DNA of 64,000 nt from Octopus sinensis. Lineage: Eukaryota. The DNA lies in NCBI RefSeq assembly GCF_006345805.1, contig NC_043000.1:138632001-138696000 (forward strand), read 5' to 3'. The notes below the pieces were generated by a model. That model did no database searches and was not told the origin of the DNA. It was given only the letters and a program-made list of their open reading frames with translations. The first letter of the stretch is position 1, and each line of letters begins with the position of its first letter. A program made the position numbers and the translations under genes. This document shows, in pieces, positions 37,296 to 50,384 of this stretch.

Positions 37296-37341
37296 TTTCC
37301 GATGAAGGGATATAATAACTATCCTGGAAACAGCTGTAAGA
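37296..37341 (+). ncRNA. Minimal hammerhead-like motif (U4C core variant)
   Basis: ttt CCGATGA a gggata taataac tatcct g GAAA cagctg TA aga; palindromic helix III acagctgt; helix I weak. Confidence 0.6.
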
Positions 37342-37720
37342 CCTTCTATTCATAGATGTTCTAAAATCTTCACAGCCTTCGTTTTTTATCTCATTCTAAT
37401 AAAAAATTTCTTATATATACACATGCTGATATATAACCTACGTTGGACTCCTTATTTGCATAATCACCAAATCAGGAGCTTAACTATGGTCTATCCATAG
37501 CACTTACTCAGCATTACCTGACATCTTTGGGTCTTAATGACACTATTACCTCTCATAACCTCCCCGCTCTCTCTCTCTATATATATATACATACATACAT
37601 ATATATATATATGTATGTATGCATGTATACATGCACACATGTATGCACACATGCACGCATGCACACACAAATATGTTGATATATATATACATACATATAT
37701 ATATATATATACACACATAT

Positions 37721-37762
<42 letters not shown>

Positions 37763-37789
37763 ATATATATGTATATGTGTGTTGTGTAT

Positions 37790-37905
37790 GTATATATGTA
37801 TATATGTATGTATATTTAGATATGTATGCATATGTAAATGTACAAACACACACATGAACATTTGTATATATATTTGTGTATTTATACAAATATATATAAA
37901 TGTGT

Positions 37906-37950
<45 letters not shown>

Positions 37951-38580
37951 CTCATACTTATCATACAGTAAATGTGTCCCAGAAAGGTAATGTCATAGAT
38001 GATTATGGATGAGATTAAGTGAAGAGCAATGAAATGTCTTAAGAATGTGAAAAAAAAAGAAAAAAAGCTATTAGATAAACGTGCAACAAGCATTTAAATG
38101 AAGGTGAAAAGCAGTTATTCTAATGTCTTACATTTGGAAAAGATTCCCAAGAGAAATTTAAGAAGAATACTTTCGTTACATGTTGTTTGTTCTTTGTTCA
38201 AGAATATGAACTACAAATAGTAATAGATACAAAAACAACATGTTAAAAAAAAAACACTGTGTACAAACACACACATGAACTTTAATGCATGGCAACGAAG
38301 CACTTACCACATTGCTTATAAACAGCATGTTCATGGACTAATATATATATATATATATATATAATCATCTATGACATTACCTTTCTGGGACACATTTACT
38401 GTATGGTAAGTATGAGTCTCTCTCTCTGTCTCTGTCTCTGTCTCTCTTTCTCTCTGTATACATATTTATATATATTTGTATAGATACAGAAATATATATA
38501 CATATGTTCATGTGTGTGTTTGTACATATACATATACATATATATCTAAATATACATGCATACATATATATATTTGTACA
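37790..38580. repeat. Local inverted duplication (37790-38007 vs 38361-38580)
   Basis: gactcatactta.catacagtaaatgtgtcccagaaaggtaatgtcatagatgattat is present in both orientations. Confidence 0.9.
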
Positions 38581-38851
38581 CATATATATATATATATGTA
38601 TCTTTATATATATATATATATATATAATATATATATATATACATATATATACATATATACAACTGATATATATATGTATTTATATATATATATATATACA
38701 TATATATAAATAGATGAGTGTATAAACTCCATTTATTTATTCATATATATATATATATGTATATGTGTGTTTGTGTGTGTGTGTGAGTGTGTGTGCATAG
38801 ACACACACATACACATATACATATTAGATATACAATCTCTCTGTCTTCCTC

Positions 38852-38886
<35 letters not shown>

Positions 38887-39718
38887 CTCTTTCTCTCTTT
38901 CTCCTTGTTTCTCTCATTTCTTCGTCATATCCTCACCAGCTATTAGCAGAAGTTTTATGTTAGCTGTTGTTTCAATATCCATACATAACACATTCGGCTC
39001 GTGGCAATATCAGATAATTTCAAAGATTATACATTTAGGATATTAATATGTATTATACACCTGTTGTTGGTGTCCACCAAGTAGCATTCAGGATGTCATA
39101 GATTTGTCATTTTTTCCCATGGTGGAAAACCATAAACTGTAAGCAATAAACTAGTCTAAATAGCTATTTTAAAGATACATATGTAAAATGTGTATATGAG
39201 TGTGTATATTCTCATTTTACATCTTTTTTTTCTAATCCTGCCAAACCATTCCATTCATGCCAGCATGAAAAATGGACATAAAATGATGATATACACACTC
39301 ACACATATGTACATAGAAACATACACACTTTTTACATATATACAAACACACACTCCCGAACACAATTACACACACACTCATATATATATTTTGAGAGGGA
39401 GAGATACCTTTTTTACATATTATATATCTATATATATATATATATGTTTGTGTGTACACACACACACACATACATATATACATATATATATATTGTGAGA
39501 GGGAGGGAAACCTTTTTTACATATATATATCTATATATGTGTGTGTGTGTGTGTTTGTGTGTCCGTGTGCGTGGGTATACACACACACACACATACATAT
39601 ATATATTGTGAGAGGGAAGGAAACTTTTTTACATATATATATCTATATATATGTGTGTGTGTGTGTGCGTGCGTATACACACACACACACACACACACTA
39701 TATATATATACATATACA

Positions 39719-39826
39719 TTTTACATACGTAGCGGTACATTACTACATATGTATAGATTCATATTTATTTCTGCTTCAGCAGTGTTTTGACCAACTTTCC
39801 CTGTTTAGTTAATGGAGAGAAAGATA

Positions 39827-39874
<48 letters not shown>

Positions 39875-39883
39875 GAGGGAGAA

Positions 39884-39916
<33 letters not shown>

Positions 39917-41038
39917 GTGTGTGTGTGAGTGTGTGTTTTTACAAGATAGAAGGTGAAACAGAGTGGAGAGAAAGAGATTCAACCTGAAATAATGCACTCC
40001 AGATTCCCTAAAGAATTTGGAGAATATCAAAAATAACAAGGTTTATGTAATGATGTATGAACAATGATCACTATCACAAAATACAGAAATATCTCTCTGA
40101 AATTGGACAGAGGTTTTATTGTATATATTTTTTTTTTCCTCTCAGACATGCTATCACATGTAAATATCAGTTTCAAAATTCACTTGCCAAAATAAAATAC
40201 ATATACATACTACATGTGTGCGTGTGTGTGTATGCACGTGTGTATGTGCATGTGTAAATGCATTTGTGTATGCATGTGTATATGTGTGTGCATATATATA
40301 TGTATGTATATATGTATATATATATACTATATATATTTATATGTGTGTGTATATATATATATATAGTATATAATATATATATATACATATATATATTGTG
40401 AGAGGGAGGGAAACCTTTTTTACATACGTAGCGGTACATTACTACATATGTATAGATTCATATTTATTTCTGCTTCAGCAGTGTTTTGACCAACTTTCCC
40501 TGTTTAGTTAATGGAGAGAAAGATAGAGGGAGAGAGAGAGAGAGAGAGGGGGAGAAAGAGAGAGAGAGAGGGGGAGGGAGAAAGAGAGAGAGAGAGACAG
40601 AGAGAGTGTGTGTGTGAGTGTGTGTTTTTACAAGATAGAAGGTGAAACAGAGTGGAGAGAAAGAGATTCAACCTGAAATAATGCACTCCAGATTCCCTAA
40701 AGAATTTGGAGAATATCAAAAATAACAAGGTTTATGTAATGATGTATGAACAATGATCACTATCACAAAATACAGAAATATCTCTCTGAAATTGGACAGA
40801 GGTTTTATTGTATATATTTTTTTTTTCCTCTCAGACATGCTATCACATGTAAATATCAGTTTCAAAATTCACTTGCCAAAATAAAATACATATACATACT
40901 ACATGTGTGCGTGTGTGTGTATGCACGTGTGTATGTGTGTGTGTGCATGTGTAAATGCATTTGTGTATGCATGTGTATATGTGTGTGCATATATATATGT
41001 ATGTATATATGTATATATATATACTATATATATTTATA

Positions 41039-41083
<45 letters not shown>

Positions 41084-41090
41084 TATATAT
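39719..41090 (+). repeat. Tandem duplication, two ~700-bp copies
   Basis: tacatacgtagcggtacatt... starts at 39722 and 40421; duplicate ORFs 40057/40746 and 39809/40504. Confidence 0.93.
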
Positions 41091-41222
41091 ATGTATATTC
41101 ATATATAATATGTATATATATGTATAAATATATATTATATATATACATGTATATACATTTTATATATATTTATATATATATATCTATATGTATATGTACA
41201 TGTATATCTATATCTATATCTT

Positions 41223-41255
<33 letters not shown>

Positions 41256-41777
41256 TTGTGTGTACGCACACACATGCATACGCACATCACATGTATGAGT
41301 GTACATATAAATATATTATAAAGGAGAGGTAAAAGTATCTACAAGTTTGTAAGTTAGCAAAAATATAGTGAGTATTTTAGTCCCAGAAGTCAAAAAAAAA
41401 ATCTCATTTATTTTCAACTAAACCTTATTGATATCATTTCAACAGTTCATATTTTTGTTACAAAATTTCTAAAAATCCACCACATATATATATATATATA
41501 TACATATATACATTCTAACATATATGCATACATGAATGTGTGTGTGTTATCTATCTGATTTCTGTCATTGCACTATGGTTATGTTGGTGTACTGTCTTCA
41601 GATTTCTTAGTAGATCATATGCAACTGAGTGCTGATTCCAGATTGGTACTGATTTTATTGATTTGAATTTACAGACTCTGTAAGTTGTGGGGTATAGGGA
41701 AATGCAGAAATAAAAGATAGCAAGATAATGGACTTAGACATAAGCATTGCTATTGATACAGTTATTTACTCACATGT

Positions 41778-42048
41778 ATCATCATCATCATCATCGTTTA
41801 ACGTCTGCTTTCCATGCTAGCATGGGTTGGACGGTTCAACTGGGGTCTGGGAAGCCCGAAGGCTGCACCAGGCCAGTCAGATCTGGCAGTGTTTCTACAG
41901 CTGGATGCCCTTCCTAACGCCAACCACTCCGTGAGTGTAGTGGGTGCTTTTTACGTGCCACCGACACAGGTGCCAGACGAGGCAGGTGAACGGCCACGCT
42001 CGGATGGTGTTTTTTATGTGCCACCGACACAGGTGCCCGACGAGGCTG
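41778..42048 (-). mobile_element. RTE 3' tail (family C)
   Basis: Reverse complement, CpG-retaining copy. Confidence 0.85.
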
Positions 42049-42097
42049 TATATATATATATATATTATATATATATATGTATATACTTATATATATT

Positions 42098-42133
<36 letters not shown>

Positions 42134-42309
42134 ATCATCGTAATTTTTATTAAAACAATCATGTTTCCATGCTACCATGTATCTGATGAAGTTTATTGTA
42201 GCAAATTTTGTACAGCTGGAAGCTCTTCCTGTTGCCAACACATACTTGTTTCTGAACAATGTAACATTTCTCAAGTTATTCAAACACGAGCAACACAATA
42301 GGCAGATAT

Positions 42310-42621
42310 ATTTTCTTTGTAAGCCTAGTACTTATTCTATCGGTCTCTTTTGCCAAACTGCTAAGTTATGGGGGTCGCAAACACAACGGCATCAGTTGTC
42401 AAGTGATAGTGAGGAGAGACCAAGCACAGACACACATGCACATAAATATACATACCTACATACATACAACTGGCTCCTTTCAGTTTCTGTCGACTAAATC
42501 CACCCACAAGGCATTTATTAGCCTGAAGCTATAGTAGAAGTCACTTTCCCAAGGTACCATGCAGTAGGATTGAATCCAGAACCATGTGGGAAGCAAGCTA
42601 CTTACCACACAGCCACTCCTA
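42310..42621 (-). mobile_element. SINE family A (diverged, tail lost)
   Basis: cttaccacacagccactcct head on minus strand. Confidence 0.8.
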
Positions 42622-42665
<44 letters not shown>

Positions 42666-42666
<1 letters not shown>

Positions 42667-43224
42667 GAGCAAAACGTCCCCCGTCCAATAGACGGTGCTG
42701 AGTTGTCAAACATTTAAGCCAAATTTTCTCAAAACAACTTGTCTGACCATCCCAGAGGCCTCCCGTTTGAGAAACACTGATTTGACTTAAATTTGAGACA
42801 CCAGCAAAAGAAGAAATAAAGACAGACTTTTTTTCTATTCCAAAGAAAAACGATTTTATTCACACAAATATGCAACCGAAGAGTTTAAAGTACCAGTAAT
42901 GATAAGGCTGTTGACTGGAAGAACACAAACATGGTTTAAACAGCAAGCTTGGCAGGAAAGAAACGTGCATTTAAGCAGTACAAAAACAACAAAAAATGGA
43001 AGGTGCAGTTATGTACAGGTTGACGGAAGAAAAACTGAACAAAAACGGCTTTATCGATTGCATTCTCACCTGGAATCGATTTTTGTAAATTTTTCAAGAC
43101 TTATACATGCCCTGATACAGTCGGTATCTACATATCAAATTTGAGCACAATCATATGGAGCATGCCCGAGATCCTAGAAGACACACACACACACTGACAG
43201 ACAGAACGGATTTTATATATTAGA
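42666..43224 (-). mobile_element. Non-autonomous Helitron-like element
   Basis: Minus: A|TCtaatatataaaatccgttctgtctgtc...; subterminal hairpin ccgtc-tattg-gacgg and terminal CTCG|T (CTAG variant); no TSD. Confidence 0.7.
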
Positions 43225-43550
43225 TTATTGTGTATGTAGATAGATGCATGAATGCTATTGTAAATTTCAGAGCTCTGCATATATTAACATCATCTAGTGT
43301 GCTTCTGCTATAGTAGCTGAGCAACTTCTATACTTAGTAGCATTACTAGTCTTGATATACAGAGCAAATTTAGGAATTATGATAAGAAGTAATTTAAATC
43401 ATTTGTTTCAATGTAGATTTCACCATTGTGTTTGCTGGGAACTCTGTACTGGATGTTCCAATTGCGATTGAATGCTTAACTACAGTGGATCCTCATGATA
43501 CACATCATTTTAATGCCTATTTTTCCATGCTTGCATGATTCAGTCTAGAG

Positions 43551-43680
43551 CAGTGGTTTTCAACCAGGGTTCCGCGGAACCTTAGGGTTCCGCCAGTACA
43601 TTCCAGGGGTTCTGCAAGAAGTTACAAAACTGCTAAAATTGGCAGTAATTTTTAATTCTCCTGTGCATAATATAATAAAA
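43551..43680 (+). mobile_element. hAT (Charlie/Buster-type) element end
   Basis: cagtggttttcaacc TIR directly after a gtctagag (NTCTAGAN) target; subterminal gggttccg repeats. Confidence 0.75.
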
Positions 43681-43707
43681 ACCTAATACAAATAAACAAA
43701 CTTAAAC

Positions 43708-43848
43708 GAACTGGTACTTAATTTATCGACCCCGAAAGGATGAAAGGCAAAGTCGACCTGAGCGGAATTTGAACTCGGAACGTAACGACAGACGAAATAG
43801 GGCTACGCATTTCGCCCGGAGTGCTAATGTTTCTGCCAGCTCGCCACC
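43708..43848 (-). mobile_element. SINE family B 5' part
   Basis: aactggtacttaatttatcgaccccgaaagg...tctgccagctcgccacc. Confidence 0.85.
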
Positions 43849-44130
43849 TAGGGATAGAAGATATACTCTATTGTTCGATCTAATATCCAGCACCTGTACT
43901 TTCGGGTGTCTTTAGTGGAGAAGTGAGCATGTGAATGCATAGTTATGAAAATGTTCATGAAATAAAATGAAGCTGAGTTATGAGCATGGATAGTGATATC
44001 ATCGTTTGTGGTTGTACTATACTGGTGCAGTTTGCTGACATTTCTACTGCAAAGCATTCTGACTATTTTTGTAATTTGAGTATATCTCCAGCCACCACCA
44101 TCTCTACCATCAGCAACAACAACAGCAACT

Positions 44131-44610
44131 GTGGAGGCACAATGGCCCAGTGGTTAGGGCAGTGGACCCGCGGTCGTAAGAGCGCAGTTTCAATTCCCAG
44201 ACCGGGCATTGTGAGTGTTTATTGAGCAAAAACACCTAAGCTCCACAAGGTGAGGGGTGAACCCCGCTGTACTCTTTCACCACAACTTTCTCTCACTCTT
44301 TCTTCCTACTTCTGCTACAAAGCAGAGGAACCATGGTATACCCCACTATGGTGTGGTAAACTTTCAGACCCTAGTCTAGATTGTGAATCCTCTGTACCCC
44401 AGGATGGTTCAGCCCCCCCTCCCCCATTAAAAGCCACCGTTTACGGAATGAGGATAACAACGTAGCTTTCACACCCGTGCAATTGCCAGTCTATTGCATG
44501 TGGTGGGTGGATCTTCAAGTTGCCGCACGCATTCTTAGTAGCATAGGGTAGGCTCAAATTAGAGATTATTCTTTGTGGCTAAAGGCATGAGTCCTGATTG
44601 GAAGAAGAAG
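44131..44610 (+). mobile_element. tRNA-headed SINE family E with (GAA)n tail
   Basis: tggcccagtggttagggc..gtttcaattccc head; colinear with 52663-53350. Confidence 0.85.
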
Positions 44611-45268
44611 ACAACAGAAACTGCACACATATTTCACATAGCTACGATTGTGTTGTCACAGTGACCGAGCTTCTATCTAGTATTTAGAAAATATCATCAC
44701 TCTGAGTAGCTATTGCTATTGACACTAGGCTAACTATGAATATACTTGAAGCTAAAAAAGTGTACTCTTCATACAGCTGAGCTGATGCACTTATAAAACT
44801 CATATGAATATCCTCAACAATATTTTTGTCACAATCTGTCAGACCAATTCATGAAACTTTAGTCATGAAAATTCCACCATTTGACCATCATTAAATATGT
44901 TCCTTTCTGCTTATCTTTCTATTTCTAAGACTGTCTCTGCTCTGCTGAACTTGCTAAATGGTTAACTGTTACATTAATTTTAACCTTTTTAATCTACTCA
45001 TCTTTTTTTTTTTCACTCATTCCATCTATTGGCTCATGTATTCTTGATGTTATACTGAAAGGTCGGTCAATATCTATTCCCCAGAAACACATTGCATTAA
45101 ACAGAAATTAGTGTTTTCTGAAATGAGGAAACATTAGAGAGTAAGTAAACCTTTCCTAGAAAAAAGCATAGCCAAAACAAAAGCTTTAGAGGGAAAAGAT
45201 AAATAGCTTAATAAGCTGCCATGTGAGACACGTACCTCTAGGAAGTTATTTTACAAAATCAATCCTAC

Positions 45269-45306
45269 GACCATAGATTTAGGTGACACCCTTTTCATCA
45301 GTGGTC
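45269..45306 (-). ncRNA. Degenerate minimal hammerhead-like motif
   Basis: Minus: gacca CTGATGA aa agg gtgtca cct AAA tc TA tggtc; perfect 5-bp helix I, G12 missing. Confidence 0.5.
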
Positions 45307-46599
45307 ACAACAATAAAGACAATCATAAGAGAATATTTGGAATTAGCATTACAAATAGTATTTGACAATGCAGACTTCCTGAATATCAATATAATTGCCA
45401 ATAAATGGACTCAGGGGAAGATTTGCAAATACCACTAAAATAATGCTGAACTATAGCATAGATGTCTAACTGAAGTGAAGAAACCACACGTGGTGATTAT
45501 CTCTCAACGGAATTATTTTTTACTGTTTTGCTTTTTTGTTTTGCTGGCCATCATGAATATGAGAAGCATATATTTTTACTTCAAAAACACACAGATGCAT
45601 ACTCACATAAACACAAACATATGTACAAATGCAAACACATACACACGCTTAAACTACATATAAGTGATATTTGAAAGGGAAAGAAAGAAAAAAAAAAGAC
45701 AAATGTATTTATAATTACCAAGTTTTCCATGATAATTTGTCTTGGTTGAATTGCTTTAATACAAGTATTTAAGAGTAATGGATTCATAATTAATGTTTTA
45801 AGTGAGTTCTTGGATAAATTGAATAAACGTTGTATTATGGAGCTATCTAATAATAGAATTATAAGGTTTAATGAAGCATAGAGATATGGATTTAATACCA
45901 TATCATGCTGAGTTTACTCTAGTGATAAACAAGCATTTATTTAAGGAAATTTTACTTGAAACAATAGAAATATTACAAAAGTTTCGAAAATAATTCAGGA
46001 ATCACATAGAACATCTTTCAAATAATCATAAACACACAGACAATTATTATGAGCAAATTAGTCTTTTAGTTTCAGGATATTTTCTTTATTATGTATATAA
46101 AATAAGTAATTAGTTTTAAGATTGAATTTAGGAAGCAAGATTATTTTTAAAGATTTATTTATTAATAATTCACTTTTACAAAAGCCTACAGAAAACCATT
46201 ATGATTAAATATAAAGAAATTTTAATTGGCCATATTTAACTTGAATAAGTCATGCTGAGTTCAAAATTGAATAATGTGTGTACTTTCAGTATCTTGAAAG
46301 ATAATATCTTAGGTTTAAGAGCTTGCAGGTATTCCTTTTTAATTTGAAAATAATCTTTGATATATGCACTGTATTTAGACAGTCTGTAATGATAATAATA
46401 ATTTGTAGAGTGATTTTATTTATTTTGCTTCTAAGGTTGGAGACGGTCTAAATTTATAAAGGTTAATTGAAGGTTTAATGTGACCACCTGCAGAAATATT
46501 ATAAAAGAAACTAGTTTACTTGTGGTATCTCTGTAATGAAATACTGCACCTCTTTCATGATAATATAAACCAGATATTTCTTTTACCTTTTATCTCTTA

Positions 46600-46985
46600 T
46601 CTTTTACTTTTTACAGTTCTGCGGCTAAGTCCATGATGGGGTATGGCCTTGAAAGATTTTCCTAAACAAATCAACATCAGTACGTAATTTTTAAAGTCTG
46701 GGTGGACTCCTTTGCTGTACTGCAAAGTTACAGGGTCATTAACAAACTAACACCAGTTGTCAGATGATGGGAGGGACAAACATAAACATAAATACACACA
46801 CACACATATATATATATACATATCTAAACATATATACAATGGACTTCCATACAGTTTGTCTTTACAAAATCCACTCATTGGTTGGACTGAATGTTATTGT
46901 GAAAGCCATTTGCCTGAGGTGCTGCAAAGTGGGACTGAACCCAAAACCACATCGTTCTGAAGCAAGCTTCTTAGCTACACACACT
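46600..46985 (-). mobile_element. Old diverged SINE family A
   Basis: caccagttgtc..gggacaaac..aatccactca..gtgggactgaaccc. Confidence 0.7.
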
Positions 46986-47662
46986 TGACCACCCCATCTT
47001 TTGTATATCAGTGACTACAGTGTCGAATGTATTCTTCTGGACTTGAGAAAGTCAGATGTGATTTAAGGGACATATAGCTACTATTTCTAGAGGTTCCACT
47101 ATAGACTCCTGTAATGGTAATGTTGTATCTTTTGATTACAAATATATATATTGTCTTACAAACACAAGTCTTTTTGTAAACACTTTATTATGGATTATCA
47201 AATATTGTATTTTTGCACTAAAATTTTTATGACAATTATAATCTTAATTGGAAAAATTGTAAAATGGTTATTTCTGGTTACAACAATAGTGAAAATTTAG
47301 AAGAACAAAAACAAAAGACAAAAAGAGACATACTATTTACTAGTTTAAATCTGCTTTTCAGCTTGCATGAATGGATTTAATTTGCAAAATTGAATTCCTA
47401 TGCACTAGGGCATACTAATTTCAGAATGTTTTATTTATAACAATTTCAATCCCCATTTTTATCTTTTTCACTGTTTTATCTAATCTTCCACACTATTATG
47501 AGTGGAATTTCTTTCTCTTTTTAAAACTTGATCATTAATATATTTTAAAAATTGAATGCGTAGTAATGGAACTTGTTTGTCTGCCATGTAAACTGAGGTA
47601 AGAGAGCTATGTAATTTGTGCCCACTCACAGCAAAAATGCTATTGTAATAACATTTAAAACA

Positions 47663-48078
47663 GGGTGGAAAGCTGGCAAAATCGTTAGAATGCTGGCGAA
47701 ATGCTTAACAGTATTTCATCTGCCATTACGTTGTGAGTTCAAATTCCGCCGAGGTCGACTTTGCCTTTCATCCTTTCGGGGTCGATAAATTAAGCACCAG
47801 TTACGCACTAGGGTCGATATAATCGACTTAATACCTATGTCTGTCCTTGTTTGTCCCCTCTAAGTTTAGCCCCTTGTGGGTAATAAAGAAATAAGTATTT
47901 CATCTGCTGTTATGTTTTGAGTTCAAATTTCGCCAAAGTTGACTTTACCTTTCATCCTTTCAGTGTCAATTAAAATAAGTACCAGTTATGCACTGGAGTC
48001 GATGTAATCAACTTAATCCCTTTATTTGTCCTTGTTTGTCCCCTCTATGTTTAGCCCCCTGTGGGCAATAATGAAATA
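47663..48078 (+). mobile_element. SINE family B dimer
   Basis: Head plus two bodies; TSD aataacatttaaaaca at 47647-47662 and 48079-48094. Confidence 0.9.
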
Positions 48079-48094
48079 AATAACATTTAAAACA

Positions 48095-48286
48095 ATTCTT
48101 TTCTACTCTAGGCACAAGGTCCAAAATTTGTGGAGTGGGGGAAGGAGGCCAGTCGATTAGATCGACCCCAGTGTGTAACTAGTACTTAACTTATCGACTC
48201 CAAAAGATGAAAGACAAAGTTGACCTTGGTGGAATTCGAACTCAGAATGTAAAGACATGAAATACTACTAAGCATTTCACCTGGCA
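48095..48286 (-). mobile_element. SINE family B variant with a different tail
   Basis: Shared core gatcgaccccagtg..gaactcagaa; tail ctactctaggcacaagg differs. Confidence 0.75.
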
Positions 48287-48702
48287 TACTCTTTTACTCT
48301 CTCTTTTACTCTTTTACGTGTTTCAGTCATTTGACTGTGGCCATGCTGGAGCACCACCTTTAGTCAAGCAAATCGACCCTAGGACTTATTCTTTGTAAGA
48401 CTTGTTCTTATTCTATCAGTCTCTTTGCCGAACCAATAAGTTACAGGGATGTAAACACACAAACATCGGTTGTCAAGCGATGTTGAGGGGACAAACACAG
48501 ACACACAAACACACACATATATATATATATACATATACATATATACGACGGGCTTCTTTCAATTTCCGTCTACCAAATCCACTCACAAGGCTTTGGTTGG
48601 CCCAAGGCTATAGTAGAAGACACTTGCCCAAGATGCCATGCAATGGGACTGAACCCGGAACCATGTGGTTGGTAAGCAAGCTACTTACCACACAGCCACT
48701 CC
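48287..48702 (-). mobile_element. SINE family A
   Basis: Full-length reverse complement. Confidence 0.9.
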
Positions 48703-49004
48703 TGGGCCTATGTTGTTCAGAATCTAATGAAGAATGTTTCAAATTATATGTATAAAAAGTCATTACAGAACAATTTCCTCTTATTTTTCCAACAGGAGCA
48801 ATGAAGATGCCTTTCCAGGTTACTTAACTTGCTAGAAATACAACCAGGCTATCTTACAAAAAAAAGATGGAAAGTGCCTTGAGCACTTTTGACAGAGTTG
48901 TAGGGATGACATCCTGACACCATATGGCTTCACTTGAGCATTTAAACCTTGCAGAACACTTATTAGACTACAATTAGTTTCTTTCAGTTAAGAAATAGAA
49001 TGGA

Positions 49005-49307
49005 AGGGCAGAGAGAGAGGGAGAGAGAGGGGAGGAGAGGGAGAGGGGGAGAGAGAGAGAGAAGAAGAAGAAGAAGAAGAAGACGAAGGAGATGAAGGAG
49101 AAGACGAAGAAAACGAAGAAGAAGAAGAAGAAGAAGACGAAGGAGAAGAAGAAGAAGAAGAAGAAGAAGAAGAAGAAGAAGAAGAAGAAGAAGACGAAGA
49201 AGAAGAAGACGAAGAAGAAGAAGAAGAAGAAGAAGAAGAAGAAGACGAAGAAGAAGAAGACGAGAAGAAGAAGAAGAAGAAGAAGAAGAAGAAGAAGAAG
49301 AAGAAGA
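49005..49307. repeat. (GA)n plus (GAA)n polypurine microsatellite
   Basis: Direct reading. Confidence 0.97.
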
Positions 49308-49467
49308 TGTCAGTATTGATATTTTATTTACTGACACTGGAAAGAAAATCTCAGCAGGATTTGAACCAAGTGTGCAGAGATCTAGAACGAATGCAACACA
49401 CCATTCGATGCTTTAGTGACTAGAAACTAAGATGAGGAGGTCACAGATGGTATTCTTTTGAAGATAA

Positions 49468-49690
49468 GGTGGCGAGCTGGCAGAAACGTTAGCAGGCCGT
49501 GCGAAATGCTTAGCGGTATTTCGTCCGCCGCTATGTTCTGAGTTCAAATTCCGCTGAGGTCGACTTTGCCTTTCATCCTTTTGGGGTCGATTAAATAAGT
49601 ACTAGTTACGCACTGGGGTCGATATAATCGACTTAATCCATTTGTTTGTCCTCTCTGTGTTTAGCCCCTTGTGGGTAGTAAAGAAATAGA
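49468..49690 (+). mobile_element. SINE family B monomer
   Basis: TSD tattcttttgaagataa at 49451-49467 and 49691-49707. Confidence 0.92.
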
Positions 49691-49736
49691 TATTCTTTTG
49701 AAGATAAGTCTGCGGAAACAGGGTTGATCTGATTTC

Positions 49737-49938
49737 CCCCTTCAGCATTTAAACTGGTCATATCCTGCCAAATTATTCTTCCTGTTTTATCTTCATACTA
49801 ACCAGATCTGACCTCTCACACTTACCCTACAATATTATGCTAAAAATAAATAATCATGTCCCTGGAATTTCAAAGCTACAAGGTAATTCAATGTGAATAA
49901 ATAAGCATTACATTTGACAGAGAAACCTGAATGCTAAA
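49737..49938. mobile_element. Decayed TTAA-type MITE
   Basis: cccttcagcattt start, ctgaatgctaaa end; shares taagcattacatttgaca with 31346. Confidence 0.55.
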
Positions 49939-50052
49939 CAACAACAACACTCTTTCCAAGCTAAGATGCCTCTTTCTAGAAATAGAAGCAAAATATCCCT
50001 CAAACAGCACTCTTAAGTTAGAATGAATATATTGGATAATCTGAAGATAAAC

Positions 50053-50309
50053 AAAGGTAATGTTACTTTCTTGAGTCGTACTGACTCATAAGGGCCAGTT
50101 TCTTAGTTTCATGATGTATATATTCCCCACTTGCATGGGATGTTCTGGTCCATCACAGAATTATTTATTTTTGCCAGCTGAGTGGACTGGAGCAAAGTGA
50201 AATGAAGTATTTTGCTCAAAAACACGACACATCATCTGGTCCAGGAATCAAAACCACAATCTTACAATCATGAGTCTAGCACTCCAACCACTGAGCCATG
50301 TACCTCCAC
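50053..50309 (-). mobile_element. SINE family D variant (different tail)
   Basis: tttgccagctgagtggactggagcaa..tttgctcaa..accacaatcttacaatcatga..cctccac. Confidence 0.8.
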
Positions 50310-50384
50310 AATCGGAAAATATCTAGTCCTAGATATTTCTAAAATAATAGGATGGTCAAGGCTGGAATATATTTGATTCCTCCT

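Noticed and set aside
48984-49337. Poly-Lys/Leu/Ser ORFs (also 53082-53382)
   Set aside because: Translation of (GAA)n tracts
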